Assembly (NCBI GenBank): GCA_965197905.1
Contig: CBDAOB010000005.1
Span: 224,001-288,000, forward strand
Length of the DNA: 64,000 bases
From: Candidatus Latescibacterota bacterium
GTDB taxonomy: Bacteria; Latescibacterota; UBA2968; UBA8231
Reading direction: 5' to 3'
Part shown: piece by piece, positions 50,325 through 59,900 of the stretch
Numbering within the stretch: the stretch's first letter is position 1
Layout: the number at the start of each line of letters is the position of its first letter
Made by a program: the position numbers and the translations under genes
Notes under the pieces: model-generated
Databases searched by the model: none
Told to the model about the DNA's origin: nothing
What the model saw: only the letters and a program-made list of their open reading frames with translations

Positions 50325-51541
50325 TTGCGCACAACCCGGACCCGGTTGTTGTGGGTATCGGCGATGTAGAGGTTGCCTCTGCGGTCTACGTCGAGACCGT
50401 AGGGTCGATTCAACAGCGCTTCGAGCGGATGGCCCCCCCCCCCATCGCCGTCGTATCCTATCTCACCGCATTGCCCCACCAGCGTGCGGATGAGGCCATC
50501 TAGATCGACCATTCGCACGCAGTGGTTGAAGGTGTCGGCGATAAACAGCCGCCCGTCAGGACCTACTGCCACATCGCACGGCCAGCCCAACTTCGCCTCA
50601 GTTGCCGGCACCCCTTCACCCTCGAAGATGACGCCTCTGGACCCCAGGATATGGCTTTCGATTTCGATGTCACCCTCCTCCAGTTCGGCGTCCACCTTGG
50701 TGAACCCGGCAACGGTCGATATGATGCCGCTCACCGCGTCGATTCGCCGAATTCGATTGTTCATGGTGTCGGCGACGAAGATGTTACCGTCCGAGTCGGA
50801 CGTGATGCGGCTCGTCGGTGGCGCGGATTGTCCGGTGGGGGAGAACAGCTGCGCCATGTAGGCCGGCTCCTCTTCGCCCGCGAACCCCGGTTTACCGTTG
50901 CCTGCGATGGTGGTGATGATTCCGTTCAGGTCCACCATGCGAATGCGCTGGTTGGCCTGGTCGGAGATGAACATGCGTCCGGCGAGATCGAAGGCGGTGG
51001 AACTGGGCAGATCCAGCGCAGCCTCGGTGGCCGGACCCCCGTCGCCGGCGAAGGAGCGCGCCCCGGTTCCCACAATCCGTTCCAACGATCGGGTGCCGAA
51101 ATCGTACCGCATTACCTTGGAGTTGTGCCAGGCGGCCATGATCAACCGGCCCCTGGGGTCGAACGAGATGTTCGTCGGGTGGTTCAAACCGACCTGCAGC
51201 GCCAGACCTTCCAGAGCATCCCCCAGCTCACCCGTGCCGATCAGGGTGCGCACCACCCCACCATCCACGACACGAACCCGGTGGTTATTCCAATCGAGGA
51301 TGTAGAGCCGGTTGTCCGGGCCATACGTGACATCCTGAGGCAGATACAATTCCGTTATATCAGGTGCCATGCCCTCAGGCCCTAGTCCGGAGATGCCAGT
51401 ACCCACCAGCGTGTGAATCTCGGAGTACGGTTCACCGCCGTGCGCTGGACCCGACGGTGAGCTGTCACAGCCGCTGCCGGCGAAGCCAGCCAAGGCCGCC
51501 AAGGCGATTCCTCGAACTAGCTGTGTTTTGAAAAGCAGCAT
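50321..51541 (-). CDS. NHL-repeat (teneurin-like) beta-propeller lipoprotein
   Basis: Lipobox GSGC; repeated GDGG.A..A.L..P and IAD..N.RIR. Confidence 0.85.
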   Translation of the reverse strand: MLLFKTQLVRGIALAALAGFAGSGCDSSPSGPAHGGEPYSEIHTLVGTGISGLGPEGMAPDITELYLPQDVTYGPDNRLYILDWNNHRVRVVDGGVVRTLIGTGELGDALEGLALQVGLNHPTNISFDPRGRLIMAAWHNSKVMRYDFGTRSLERIVGTGARSFAGDGGPATEAALDLPSSTAFDLAGRMFISDQANQRIRMVDLNGIITTIAGNGKPGFAGEEEPAYMAQLFSPTGQSAPPTSRITSDSDGNIFVADTMNNRIRRIDAVSGIISTVAGFTKVDAELEEGDIEIESHILGSRGVIFEGEGVPATEAKLGWPCDVAVGPDGRLFIADTFNHCVRMVDLDGLIRTLVGQCGEIGYDGDGGGGHPLEALLNRPYGLDVDRRGNLYIADTHNNRVRVVRK

Positions 51542-51550
51542 CGGGTGCTC

Positions 51551-52741
51551 CTATGGATTTACACGGCGTATGCGATGATTGTAGGTGTCGGCAATGATCA
51601 GACGCCCCATGGCGTCCTCTGCGATGCCGGCCGGCCGGTTCAGGGATGCCGAAACGGCAGGTCCTCCGTCCCCCGAAAATCCGGCCATTCCGTTTCCGGC
51701 AACGGTGGAAATGATCCCGGTGTCGAGATCGATGGCACGAATGCGGTGATTCAGCTCGTCGGCTACCAGAAGCCGGCCGTCGCGAGTGAACAGCAGATCA
51801 CGGGGATTGTCGAACGCGGCGGACAACGCCGATCCTCCGTCCCCCGAAAACCCACGATCGCCCGTTCCCGCGAAGGTGTCGATGCGGTCGTTGTCGAAAT
51901 CTACGACGCGGATGCGATTGTTGAGGCTGTCCGATATGTAGAGTCTGCCAGCGGGTCCAAACGCGAGTGAGCCCGCGGGCTGGGGGTTGCTCCCCGCGGG
52001 AAGATGCAATTGGGCTTCCAGGGGTAGACCCCCGTCTCCCGCAAAGCCGGGTTCGCCGGTGCCCACCACGGTGGAGATGGTGCCGTCGGCGGCAATTCTG
52101 CGGATTCGCTGATTGCGCTGGTCGAGGATGTAGAGCCCTGCATCCGGACCGAGTACCGTCTGGCTCGGTTGGCTCAAGAGGGCCTCGCGCGCGTGATCGC
52201 CGTCCCCTTCGAAACCGGCAGCGGCCCCGCAGATAACCATAACCAGACCGGTTGCCGGATCGTAGGTGCGCAGCTTGTGGTTGTGCCAGGCCGTAAGCAG
52301 CAACGTGCCGTTGGGCAGGGGGATCATCTGGGTTGGGTGATTCAGCAGCACTGTAGTTCCCAACGCGCCGGGAGCCACTTGATCCGATTCGTCGTACGGG
52401 CCGTCGCCCACGAAATCGGATCCGATGACGGTCAGCAGCGTCTCGTCGGCCATCACCTTCCGCACCCGGTGGTTGTTCCAGTCCATCACGTAGGTGTCCC
52501 CCGCGGGGGTCACCGTGATGTCCATCGGCCAGTAGAATTTGGACAGCAACAGGGGTTGGCCGTCGCCTTCCCAGCCTGGGCCGCCTGTGCCGGCCCAGGT
52601 GCAGATGGAGCCGGGTTCAGCGGAACAGAGCGAGACCGGCACCTCCATTTCTCCGTTTGCGGACATGCCCTTGTCGCCGGAACATCCGGCCAGACACAGC
52701 GCCACAGCGCAGAAGACAAGCCGCAGAACAGAATTCACCAT
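51551..52741 (-). CDS. NHL-repeat (teneurin-like) beta-propeller lipoprotein
   Basis: Lipobox LAGC; DWNNHRVR and AWHN.K shared with the neighbouring paralog; start may be 52741 or 52804. Confidence 0.85.
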   Translation of the reverse strand: MVNSVLRLVFCAVALCLAGCSGDKGMSANGEMEVPVSLCSAEPGSICTWAGTGGPGWEGDGQPLLLSKFYWPMDITVTPAGDTYVMDWNNHRVRKVMADETLLTVIGSDFVGDGPYDESDQVAPGALGTTVLLNHPTQMIPLPNGTLLLTAWHNHKLRTYDPATGLVMVICGAAAGFEGDGDHAREALLSQPSQTVLGPDAGLYILDQRNQRIRRIAADGTISTVVGTGEPGFAGDGGLPLEAQLHLPAGSNPQPAGSLAFGPAGRLYISDSLNNRIRVVDFDNDRIDTFAGTGDRGFSGDGGSALSAAFDNPRDLLFTRDGRLLVADELNHRIRAIDLDTGIISTVAGNGMAGFSGDGGPAVSASLNRPAGIAEDAMGRLIIADTYNHRIRRVNP

Positions 52742-52840
52742 TGTTTCAAAAACCTTCGTTCGCCGCACTCCTCCGCTGGAGACAGCGACGATTGCTTTAC
52801 CCATGTAGGTAGTATAAAACTCATCGTTCGACTTACCAAT

Positions 52841-54412
52841 TCATTCCATATTCGCTTCAATCTCCACAAGACCTTCGAACCCGCCGGCGGCCAGTCGGCC
52901 GGCGAAGGCGCGGGCGTTTTCCGCCGACAGGCTCGGATTTTCGGTGATGCGCAGGATCCTTCCGACGCTGCTCAGGTTGCGCAAACCGTCCAGGTCGGCC
53001 AGGGAAGGATTGCCGACTATGAGTAGATCGCGCCCCACACTGGACAGTCGCTCGGCGCCCACCAATACCGCCAGAGACTCGTTGCCGGCGATCCGCAGGT
53101 TTTCACCGATCGAAACCAGGGCGGAGAGTCCGTCCAGGGTAGCCAGGGTGCTGTTCTCGTCGATAAGAAGGCTCTCTTCGATGGTTTCGAGGTGCTCGAG
53201 TCCCATGAGGTTTTCGAGGGCGCCGTTTCGCGCCAGGAAGAAATCCTCTCCCAGGTGGACGAGCCCGTTCAGCGCGGCAAGGGATTGCAGTTCCGGTTGG
53301 TCCTCCAGACGCAGGTCACCGGCGACCTCTGCCAGGTTTTCAAGTCCGTCCAGGGTGGCAAGGGAGCTGTTGCCACTGAGCCTGAGCTCTCCGGGAAGCG
53401 ATGTGAAAGCCGGGAACCCCTCCAGATTCACCAGGGCCCCATTGTCGATGATTCCGATATCGGATCCCACGACCGTCAATCGTTCCAATCCATCCAGGGC
53501 CCGCAGCTTCTGGTTGCCGCTGATCCACAGCTGGCCGTGCACCGCTGTCAGATTGGTCAGAGCCGCCAGAGAAAGGAGCTCGGGATTGCCGGAGATAACA
53601 AGATCGTCGGCAATGCCGGTCAGATTGTCGACGCCCTGAAGCGACTCCACGAGGTCGTTGTTGGCGATGCTTATGCTGCCGCGAATCGTAGTGATCGACT
53701 CCAATCCCTCAAGTGAAGTGAGCCGACCATTCCCCTCGACGATCAGGTTGTGACCGATCTCGTGCAGAGAGCGAAGCGGTTGTAGCGTGGCGAGATTGGC
53801 ATTGCCGTCGACGAATAACGAGCCGCCAATGACTGTTAGGTTTCTCAATCCCTGCAGCTGGGTCAGGTTCTGGTTCTGCAGGAGAACGAGATTGCCGCCG
53901 ATCTCTTCCAGATGCGACAGGCTGTCCAGGGCAAGCAGCCGTTCGTTATTCGATATATTCAGCTCGCCATGAATCGTCGTCACTCGCTGCAGACCATCCA
54001 TGCTCAGCAGCGATCGGTTCAAGCTGATTCTGATCTTGCCGCCGTGATTCGGACTCTGACCTACCTGCTGGAGACTGCGCAGGCCGGCCAGGGAGACCAG
54101 CTGATCGTTGTTTTCGACCAGGAGGTCAAACCCGATGCTGGTGAGATTCTGCAACCCGCCGAGATTCACCAATCCCGGATTGTTTCTCAGTGTGAGACTG
54201 CCGCCCACCGTCTGCAGGTTCTCCAGAAACCCCAGATCGGTCAGGTCCGGGCTCTCGATCAGCAGATCGCCCTCGAGGGTCGAGCGCGACCGCAGGGCTC
54301 GCAGGTCGGAGACGGTTCTTACGATCGCGTCACCGGACGAACACTGAGGGTTACCCTCGTCGCCGCAGGAGTATCCCAAGCAGCATGCCGACAGGCCAAT
54401 GAGCCATTTCAT
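52841..54412 (-). CDS. Receptor L-domain / leucine-rich repeat lipoprotein (~18-19 repeats of 24 aa)
   Basis: Lipobox-like GYSC; regular L.I..N..L..L.GL..L..I.G repeats. Confidence 0.85.
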   Translation of the reverse strand: MKWLIGLSACCLGYSCGDEGNPQCSSGDAIVRTVSDLRALRSRSTLEGDLLIESPDLTDLGFLENLQTVGGSLTLRNNPGLVNLGGLQNLTSIGFDLLVENNDQLVSLAGLRSLQQVGQSPNHGGKIRISLNRSLLSMDGLQRVTTIHGELNISNNERLLALDSLSHLEEIGGNLVLLQNQNLTQLQGLRNLTVIGGSLFVDGNANLATLQPLRSLHEIGHNLIVEGNGRLTSLEGLESITTIRGSISIANNDLVESLQGVDNLTGIADDLVISGNPELLSLAALTNLTAVHGQLWISGNQKLRALDGLERLTVVGSDIGIIDNGALVNLEGFPAFTSLPGELRLSGNSSLATLDGLENLAEVAGDLRLEDQPELQSLAALNGLVHLGEDFFLARNGALENLMGLEHLETIEESLLIDENSTLATLDGLSALVSIGENLRIAGNESLAVLVGAERLSSVGRDLLIVGNPSLADLDGLRNLSSVGRILRITENPSLSAENARAFAGRLAAGGFEGLVEIEANME

Positions 54413-55434
54413 GGGCGATGGGCGCGCAGAAACTTGCGGTCGCTGAAGGTCTTGAGGAACGCGACGATCGCTCTCTGTTCCTCGGCGGTCAGGGTATGAC
54501 GCCGCGCCCTGAGCAGTGGATCCGTTCGCGAGGTTCGGTGAAATCCTTCACTGTAGAATCGGAGTACCTCTTCCAGGGTTTGGAATCGACCGTCGTGCAT
54601 ATATGGTGAGGTGAATTCCACGTTGCGCAAGGAAGGTGATTTGAACTTGCCGAGATCGAAGGTGTTGCCGGTTATGGCCGCCAGTCCCGAGTCGGCCGGC
54701 ACCTCATCCAGCCCATTGTTGTGGAACTGATTGTCGGTCAGCAGGACAGTGCCGTGACAATGAAAACAGTCGCCGGTCTCGTTGTTGAAGAGCTCGAAGC
54801 CGAGCTTCTCCTCCTCGCTGTAGTTTTCTTTGCCGTTCAGGAAGTCGTCGAACCGGGACTCGCTGGAAACCAGGGTGCGTTCGAACTGTGCGATCGCTTT
54901 TACCACCCGATCACGGGTGATCTCGCCGTCGCCGAACGCTGCGGCAAAGAGAATCGGGTAGTCAGGGTGCCGGCTGAGTTTTTCTTCCACGTGGCTCCAG
55001 GTTTCGCCCATCTCTACCTGGTTTGCCACCGGCTGCAGCGCTTGCGCCTCGAGGCTCTCCGCTCGTCCGTCCCAGAACAGCGCCGACATCCACCCGGCGT
55101 TGACGATATGCATTGAGTTTCTCCCGGTAACACCGGCGACGCCTTCGCTGAATTGGTCGTTGTCCGTAAACGACGCGTTTGGCAGGTGGCAGCTGCCGCA
55201 TGCTTTGGTGCTATCGATGGAGAGTATAGGATCGAAGAACAGCTTCTTTCCCAGGTCCACCCCCTCTACGGTCATCGGGTTGTCCTCTGGGATAGCCATG
55301 GGCGGGAAATGGTCGGGCCGTATCATGTCCAACGGCGTCGGAGTCGAGGACGACTCGCCCCCCATTCCGCTTTCCTTGCCGTCACATGCGAGCAGCAGGG
55401 CGCACAACAAGATTGGGACGGCGCGCCAAGTCAT
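54409..55434 (-). CDS. Di-heme cytochrome c peroxidase superfamily enzyme (MbnH/MauG-like) lipoprotein
   Basis: Lipobox LLAC; P.DNP.T...V.LGK.LFFDP.LS, CGSCH, FWDGRA, CFHCH, FHNNG, FK.PSLRN, PYMHDG. Confidence 0.9.
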   Translation of the reverse strand: MTWRAVPILLCALLLACDGKESGMGGESSSTPTPLDMIRPDHFPPMAIPEDNPMTVEGVDLGKKLFFDPILSIDSTKACGSCHLPNASFTDNDQFSEGVAGVTGRNSMHIVNAGWMSALFWDGRAESLEAQALQPVANQVEMGETWSHVEEKLSRHPDYPILFAAAFGDGEITRDRVVKAIAQFERTLVSSESRFDDFLNGKENYSEEEKLGFELFNNETGDCFHCHGTVLLTDNQFHNNGLDEVPADSGLAAITGNTFDLGKFKSPSLRNVEFTSPYMHDGRFQTLEEVLRFYSEGFHRTSRTDPLLRARRHTLTAEEQRAIVAFLKTFSDRKFLRAHRP

Positions 55435-55443
55435 GGAACTGAA

Positions 55444-55611
55444 TCATTCGTGGTCTTCGTCATGAGCGTCGTGAATGTCGTCCAGGATGAAGACATTGCC
55501 ACCGGTCTCGTGCAGCACCAGCTGGGCGTCGCCGTCGTTGTCGCTACAGCCAAGGAGGCCAAAGGTCAGCCCGATGAGGGCGATACTCATGAAGGTCGAC
55601 GGCAATTTCAA
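55444..55611 (-). CDS. 55-aa His/Asp-rich lipoprotein (absent from ORF track; possible MbnP remnant)
   Basis: Manual translation: LKLPSTFMSIALIGLTFGLLGC-SDNDGDAQLVLHETGGNVFILDDIHDAHDEDHE-stop; AAGGA RBS; fills the gap between barrel and peroxidase. Confidence 0.7.
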   Translation of the reverse strand: MKLPSTFMSIALIGLTFGLLGCSDNDGDAQLVLHETGGNVFILDDIHDAHDEDHE

Positions 55612-55647
55612 AGCATGAGAATTCCTTGGAGATTAATATAACGGATA

Positions 55648-56760
55648 TCAGTGATAGAGTGGGAGGTAGTATCCGAGGCCAACGAGCAGATTGGCGTCGG
55701 CGGTAACCTGAACCTGGTTGACGTCTTGGTGGACGGGGTGCTGGTAATACCAGTATGCCGTCAGGTTGTGTAGTGGTTTGACTTCCATCCCCGGGCTGAG
55801 CAGAATCTCGGTTCCACCCGTAGCGTCGGTAAGTTCGCCACTGCGGCCCGGCCGGTGCTGATTGCTCCAGTGACCGACAAGCTGACCGAGCAGTGTGACT
55901 TTACTGGAGACCGGGATATGAAGGCCCAGGTGGGCACTGCGTTCTGCTCCGAAGTGGAAACTTTTGCGCCCCTCGGCGTTGAGCTGCATGGACACGCTGG
56001 CTCGCAAGAGCATCTCTTCTTGGGACGGACCCACCGGATGGGGCAGGCGATAATGGATCGCGGCGCCCGCCAGCAATCCGTACGCCCCTCTGCCTGGCTG
56101 CAAGGTGGGCTCGGCTCGCTGCCTATGCGGGTTTTCCACCGCCGTGGACCCGGTGGGCAGGCGCACACCCAACGTGAGCCCTAATCGGGGGCGTTGAAAC
56201 CCGGGAATGGGTGATTGCCACGCTCCTCGTAGGTTGAGATCCCCGATCCTGGTGAAATCCCATGTTTCCCGGGTGCGGTCCAACGGGTCTTCATGTTTGA
56301 CGGCTTCGCGGCGTCCCGCCTTCGCCGTCGGACCAAATCCCGCCGTCACGCCGCGTTGATCTACAACTTTGTGTCGATGTCCCCCAGCGGACAGATGAAT
56401 ATGGCACCGGTTCACAACGGGTAGTTCGGCTTGGAACGACCAAACCTCACCGAATCGGTACTGCAGCAAGAGGCGGGTATTGCGGTTGAGGGTTTCGATT
56501 TCATCGTGATCGGGTCGGGAGATCTCCCCGAACCCCACCTTCTTCGTTCCGAATCGGGATTGATTTTGGTCTATGCGTTCGAAAACGATCTGCACATCTA
56601 TTCCAGGTTGGGCTGTCTTGGTCGCATTCCCCAACCCGAGGTCACCAAGATCAAGCGGGCAGCTGGACGTGCCGCAGCTTGCTTCCGCGGGGGGCGGCAC
56701 GGGCGTCGCCAGGCTGCCCAGAACCGCGGCGAAGAGAGCTGAGAGCTGGAAGGGCCTCAT
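55648..56760 (-). CDS. Outer-membrane beta-barrel transporter-like protein with N-terminal SCGTSSC and His-rich loop
   Basis: Signal peptide, SCGTSSCPL, HIHL...HRH, GD..L, G.RLPTG, LQPG.G, SPG, terminal aromatic strand. Confidence 0.75.
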   Translation of the reverse strand: MRPFQLSALFAAVLGSLATPVPPPAEASCGTSSCPLDLGDLGLGNATKTAQPGIDVQIVFERIDQNQSRFGTKKVGFGEISRPDHDEIETLNRNTRLLLQYRFGEVWSFQAELPVVNRCHIHLSAGGHRHKVVDQRGVTAGFGPTAKAGRREAVKHEDPLDRTRETWDFTRIGDLNLRGAWQSPIPGFQRPRLGLTLGVRLPTGSTAVENPHRQRAEPTLQPGRGAYGLLAGAAIHYRLPHPVGPSQEEMLLRASVSMQLNAEGRKSFHFGAERSAHLGLHIPVSSKVTLLGQLVGHWSNQHRPGRSGELTDATGGTEILLSPGMEVKPLHNLTAYWYYQHPVHQDVNQVQVTADANLLVGLGYYLPLYH

Positions 56761-56846
56761 TCGATTATCCTGTTTGGCCTAGCGCGGTCGATGCATTTCA
56801 GACGCCATCGTCTCCCGGTGCCGTAAAAACGTCAGGCCCGTTGGAC

Positions 56847-56890
56847 ATACTAGTATCTTGCTTGACAGCCCGGCAGTTGGCAATCAGTAT
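56847..56890 (+). promoter_or_regulatory. Candidate promoter with adjacent 10-bp palindrome
   Basis: ATACTAGTAT (56847-56856), perfect TTGACA (56862-56867), weak -10 CAGTAT 17 nt later. Confidence 0.4.
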
Positions 56891-56933
56891 TCCGAACGCA
56901 ATGCCCAAGCTGTAACAATTAAACCTCGAGTAA

Positions 56934-59900
56934 ATGCACCAAGAAATCCACATGCCCAGCGCCCTGGATGAGCTGAAACGCGGATTTGCCCAGCCTCGGG
57001 CCGACTACGGCCCCATCGATTGCTGGTGGTGGGAAGCCGCGCGTTTGGACAAAGAGAAGATGCGGTGGCAGCTGGAAGAGCTCAAAGACAAAGGGGTCGC
57101 CGGGACCTGGTACTATCCGCGCTACATCGGCGAGGAGGATCTGGCCTGCCGGCCCCGCTACTGGACGGAGGAATGGTGGGACCTCACTAAATTCGCTGTC
57201 GAAGAGCACGAGCGCCTCGGGCTGGCCTACTGGTTCAGCGACTGGACGGCCCACGAGTTCATCCAGGAAAAACTGCGGTCGGAGGTGGATGCGAGACCTG
57301 AATTCCACGGCAGGCGCCTCGTTTTCCGCCAGGAGGAGGCGACGGGTCCAGGGCCGCTCGCCCTAAAAATCGACTCCGGAGACGTGGTGCTCGACGCGGC
57401 GGCCTTCCGCACGGCTGGCGGGGGTCTCGACTATGCCACGAGGGTGGATCTGACCGCGGACCTGCAGGACGGCGAACTGCGTTGGAGGGCCGAGTCATCC
57501 GGGTGGATCGTCACCATGGTCTGCGTCGAGCCGTTCGATCTGGATTACATCAACCCCGAGCTGACGGCGCGTTGGATCGAGATCCTACTGGGCACCTACG
57601 AATCCCGCATGGGGCGCCACATGGGCGCCACGATCAAAGCGTTCGGCACCGACGAATGGCGCTTCATGCAGGGTAACGTTCTCTACTCATCCGCGCTGAT
57701 GCAGCGATTTCAGGCTGAAAAGGGATACGATCCTTCCGCCTACCTGGTGGGGCTCTTTCGCGATATCGGCCAGCCGACCGACAAGATCCGCTGCGAGTAT
57801 TACGAGGTGATGTGTTCCGAGATCGCGGAGAATTTCTATCGCCCGTTCGCGGCGTGGCTAGAGGAACGCAACATGCTGTTCACCGAATTCTGTCCGCGCG
57901 GAAAGACGGAGAACCTCCTGGAGCAGACCCACCACTACGGCGATTTCTTCCGCTACATGGGGAGTTACCACATCCCCGGAAACGAGGAACGCTGCCTGAA
58001 GGGCGATCGGGTGCGCAAGTTCCAGGCGAAGCTGGCCAGCTCGATCGCCCACGTGAGCGGCCGCAGTCGGGTAGGACTGTGCGCCTACTGGGGGTCGGGC
58101 TGGGGCCACACCACCCAGGAGAATCTGGCGTGGACCAACGAGAATTACGCCTACGGCATCAACCTCTACAACCGCCACGGCGTGCTCTACAGCACGATGG
58201 CGGGTTGGTATGAGTGGGTGCCCCCGGCGGTGCATTTCCGCCAGCCTTATTGGAAGTACTGGCGCACCTTCACCGAGTATGTGAGCCGGCTCAGCTACCT
58301 GTTGAGTCAAGGCACTCATCGAGCCGATGTGGCGCTGGTCTACCCGCTGGCGACGCTGCATGCAAACTGGGAGGACCGCTGGAAATTCAACAAAACGGCG
58401 GAGACCTTCAGCAAGGCGATGTACGATCTCGCCAAGGCGGTGTACCGCGGCGGCATCGACCTGGATTTCGTGGACGACGCTTCCCTGGGCAACGCTCGCG
58501 TTGACGGCGACAGGCTGGTAATCGCGGAGATGCCGTTTCGCGCGGTTCTGCTGCCTCCCATGACCACGGTTCGCTTGCAAACCATGCGCCTCATCGCCGA
58601 GTTCCACCGCGGCGGCGGCACGGTGGTATGCTTCGGATGCCTGCCCACGGCCTCCGATGAGGGCGGCCGCGGCGATCCGGCGTTGGCGGAACTGTTGGAA
58701 GAGCTCTTCGGCATCTCCTCGAGCGCGGGCGTGCAAAAAACGTTAGAGCGTGAGCGGGTGATGTTTGCGCCAACCGACCTGGACTCGATCCCGGCGATGC
58801 TGACGCGGTCGATCACCCGGGATTTGATTGCGTCTCAAGCGAACGTTTTCCACACCCACCAGATCGTGAACGGAGTCCATCTCTATTACATCTATAATCA
58901 CGCCGCAGATCGCCGTCGCATCGAGCTGGATCTGGACGCCGTCGGGGTTCCCCTGCGCTTCGATGCCGGCAGCGGTCAGGTGGGAGAGATCCACCGATTC
59001 GAGATCTCATCGGACCGGACTCGCGTGAGGCTCGACATGCATGCATTCGAAGGCATTCCGCTGGTCATCGACGGGGGCGGCGAACGCCCCCAGCTTTTGG
59101 AGGACAACCTCGGTGTAGTGGACCGAGTAGAAGAGATGGGTGAGTCGGTTCGCATTTCGGGGACCGATGCGGACGGGGGAGGGAAGCAGGTACGGCTGCG
59201 ACACCGTGGCCGCGAATACGCAGGGGAGCTCGAAGTGGCGGCACCGCCCGCAGCCATCGACCTGGATGGGGCGTGGGATTTCCGTCTGGAGCCGACGATG
59301 AACAATCGCTGGGGCGATTTTCGTTATCCCGCCGCCGACCGCGATATCGGCGCGGAGGTCCGACGGTTTCGCTATCGCGAAGAAGGCGACATCCCCGGAG
59401 AAGAGCTTGGCTGGCACCAGGCCGCCTACGACGACGGCGACTGGAGGCAGGTGACCTACACCCACGGGCCGTACTGGTCGACCCTCGGTCCGATCCCCGT
59501 GGCCGACGACAGCCCGGAAACCACTGCGTTTGTGCACCGAGACCCACCCCTGGAAACGGATCTCGAGGTTGCCGGCACCGTACTCCGGTGGGAACAGTAC
59601 CGCTTTTCGAAGAGGTTCGGGTTCGAGAATCGGAGCTCCGCCGAGGTAACCGCCACGGAGCTGGGGAGCTTGATGGGGGTGCAACCTCATTTCCTGCGGT
59701 TTCCCGCCGTTGAGGCGGCGGCCACCGACATGCCCGATTTCGAGGCGACGCTGGCAGCACCCGAAGCCCGCGCGCAAGACACCCGGAATTCCGCCTCATC
59801 AGGCCAGCGTTACGCGCGCTATTTCCGTACCTGCATAATCGTTCACCACGAAGGTCAGTACACCTTTGACTTTGGAGGGCCTGCCGCCCTGCAGCGGAAG

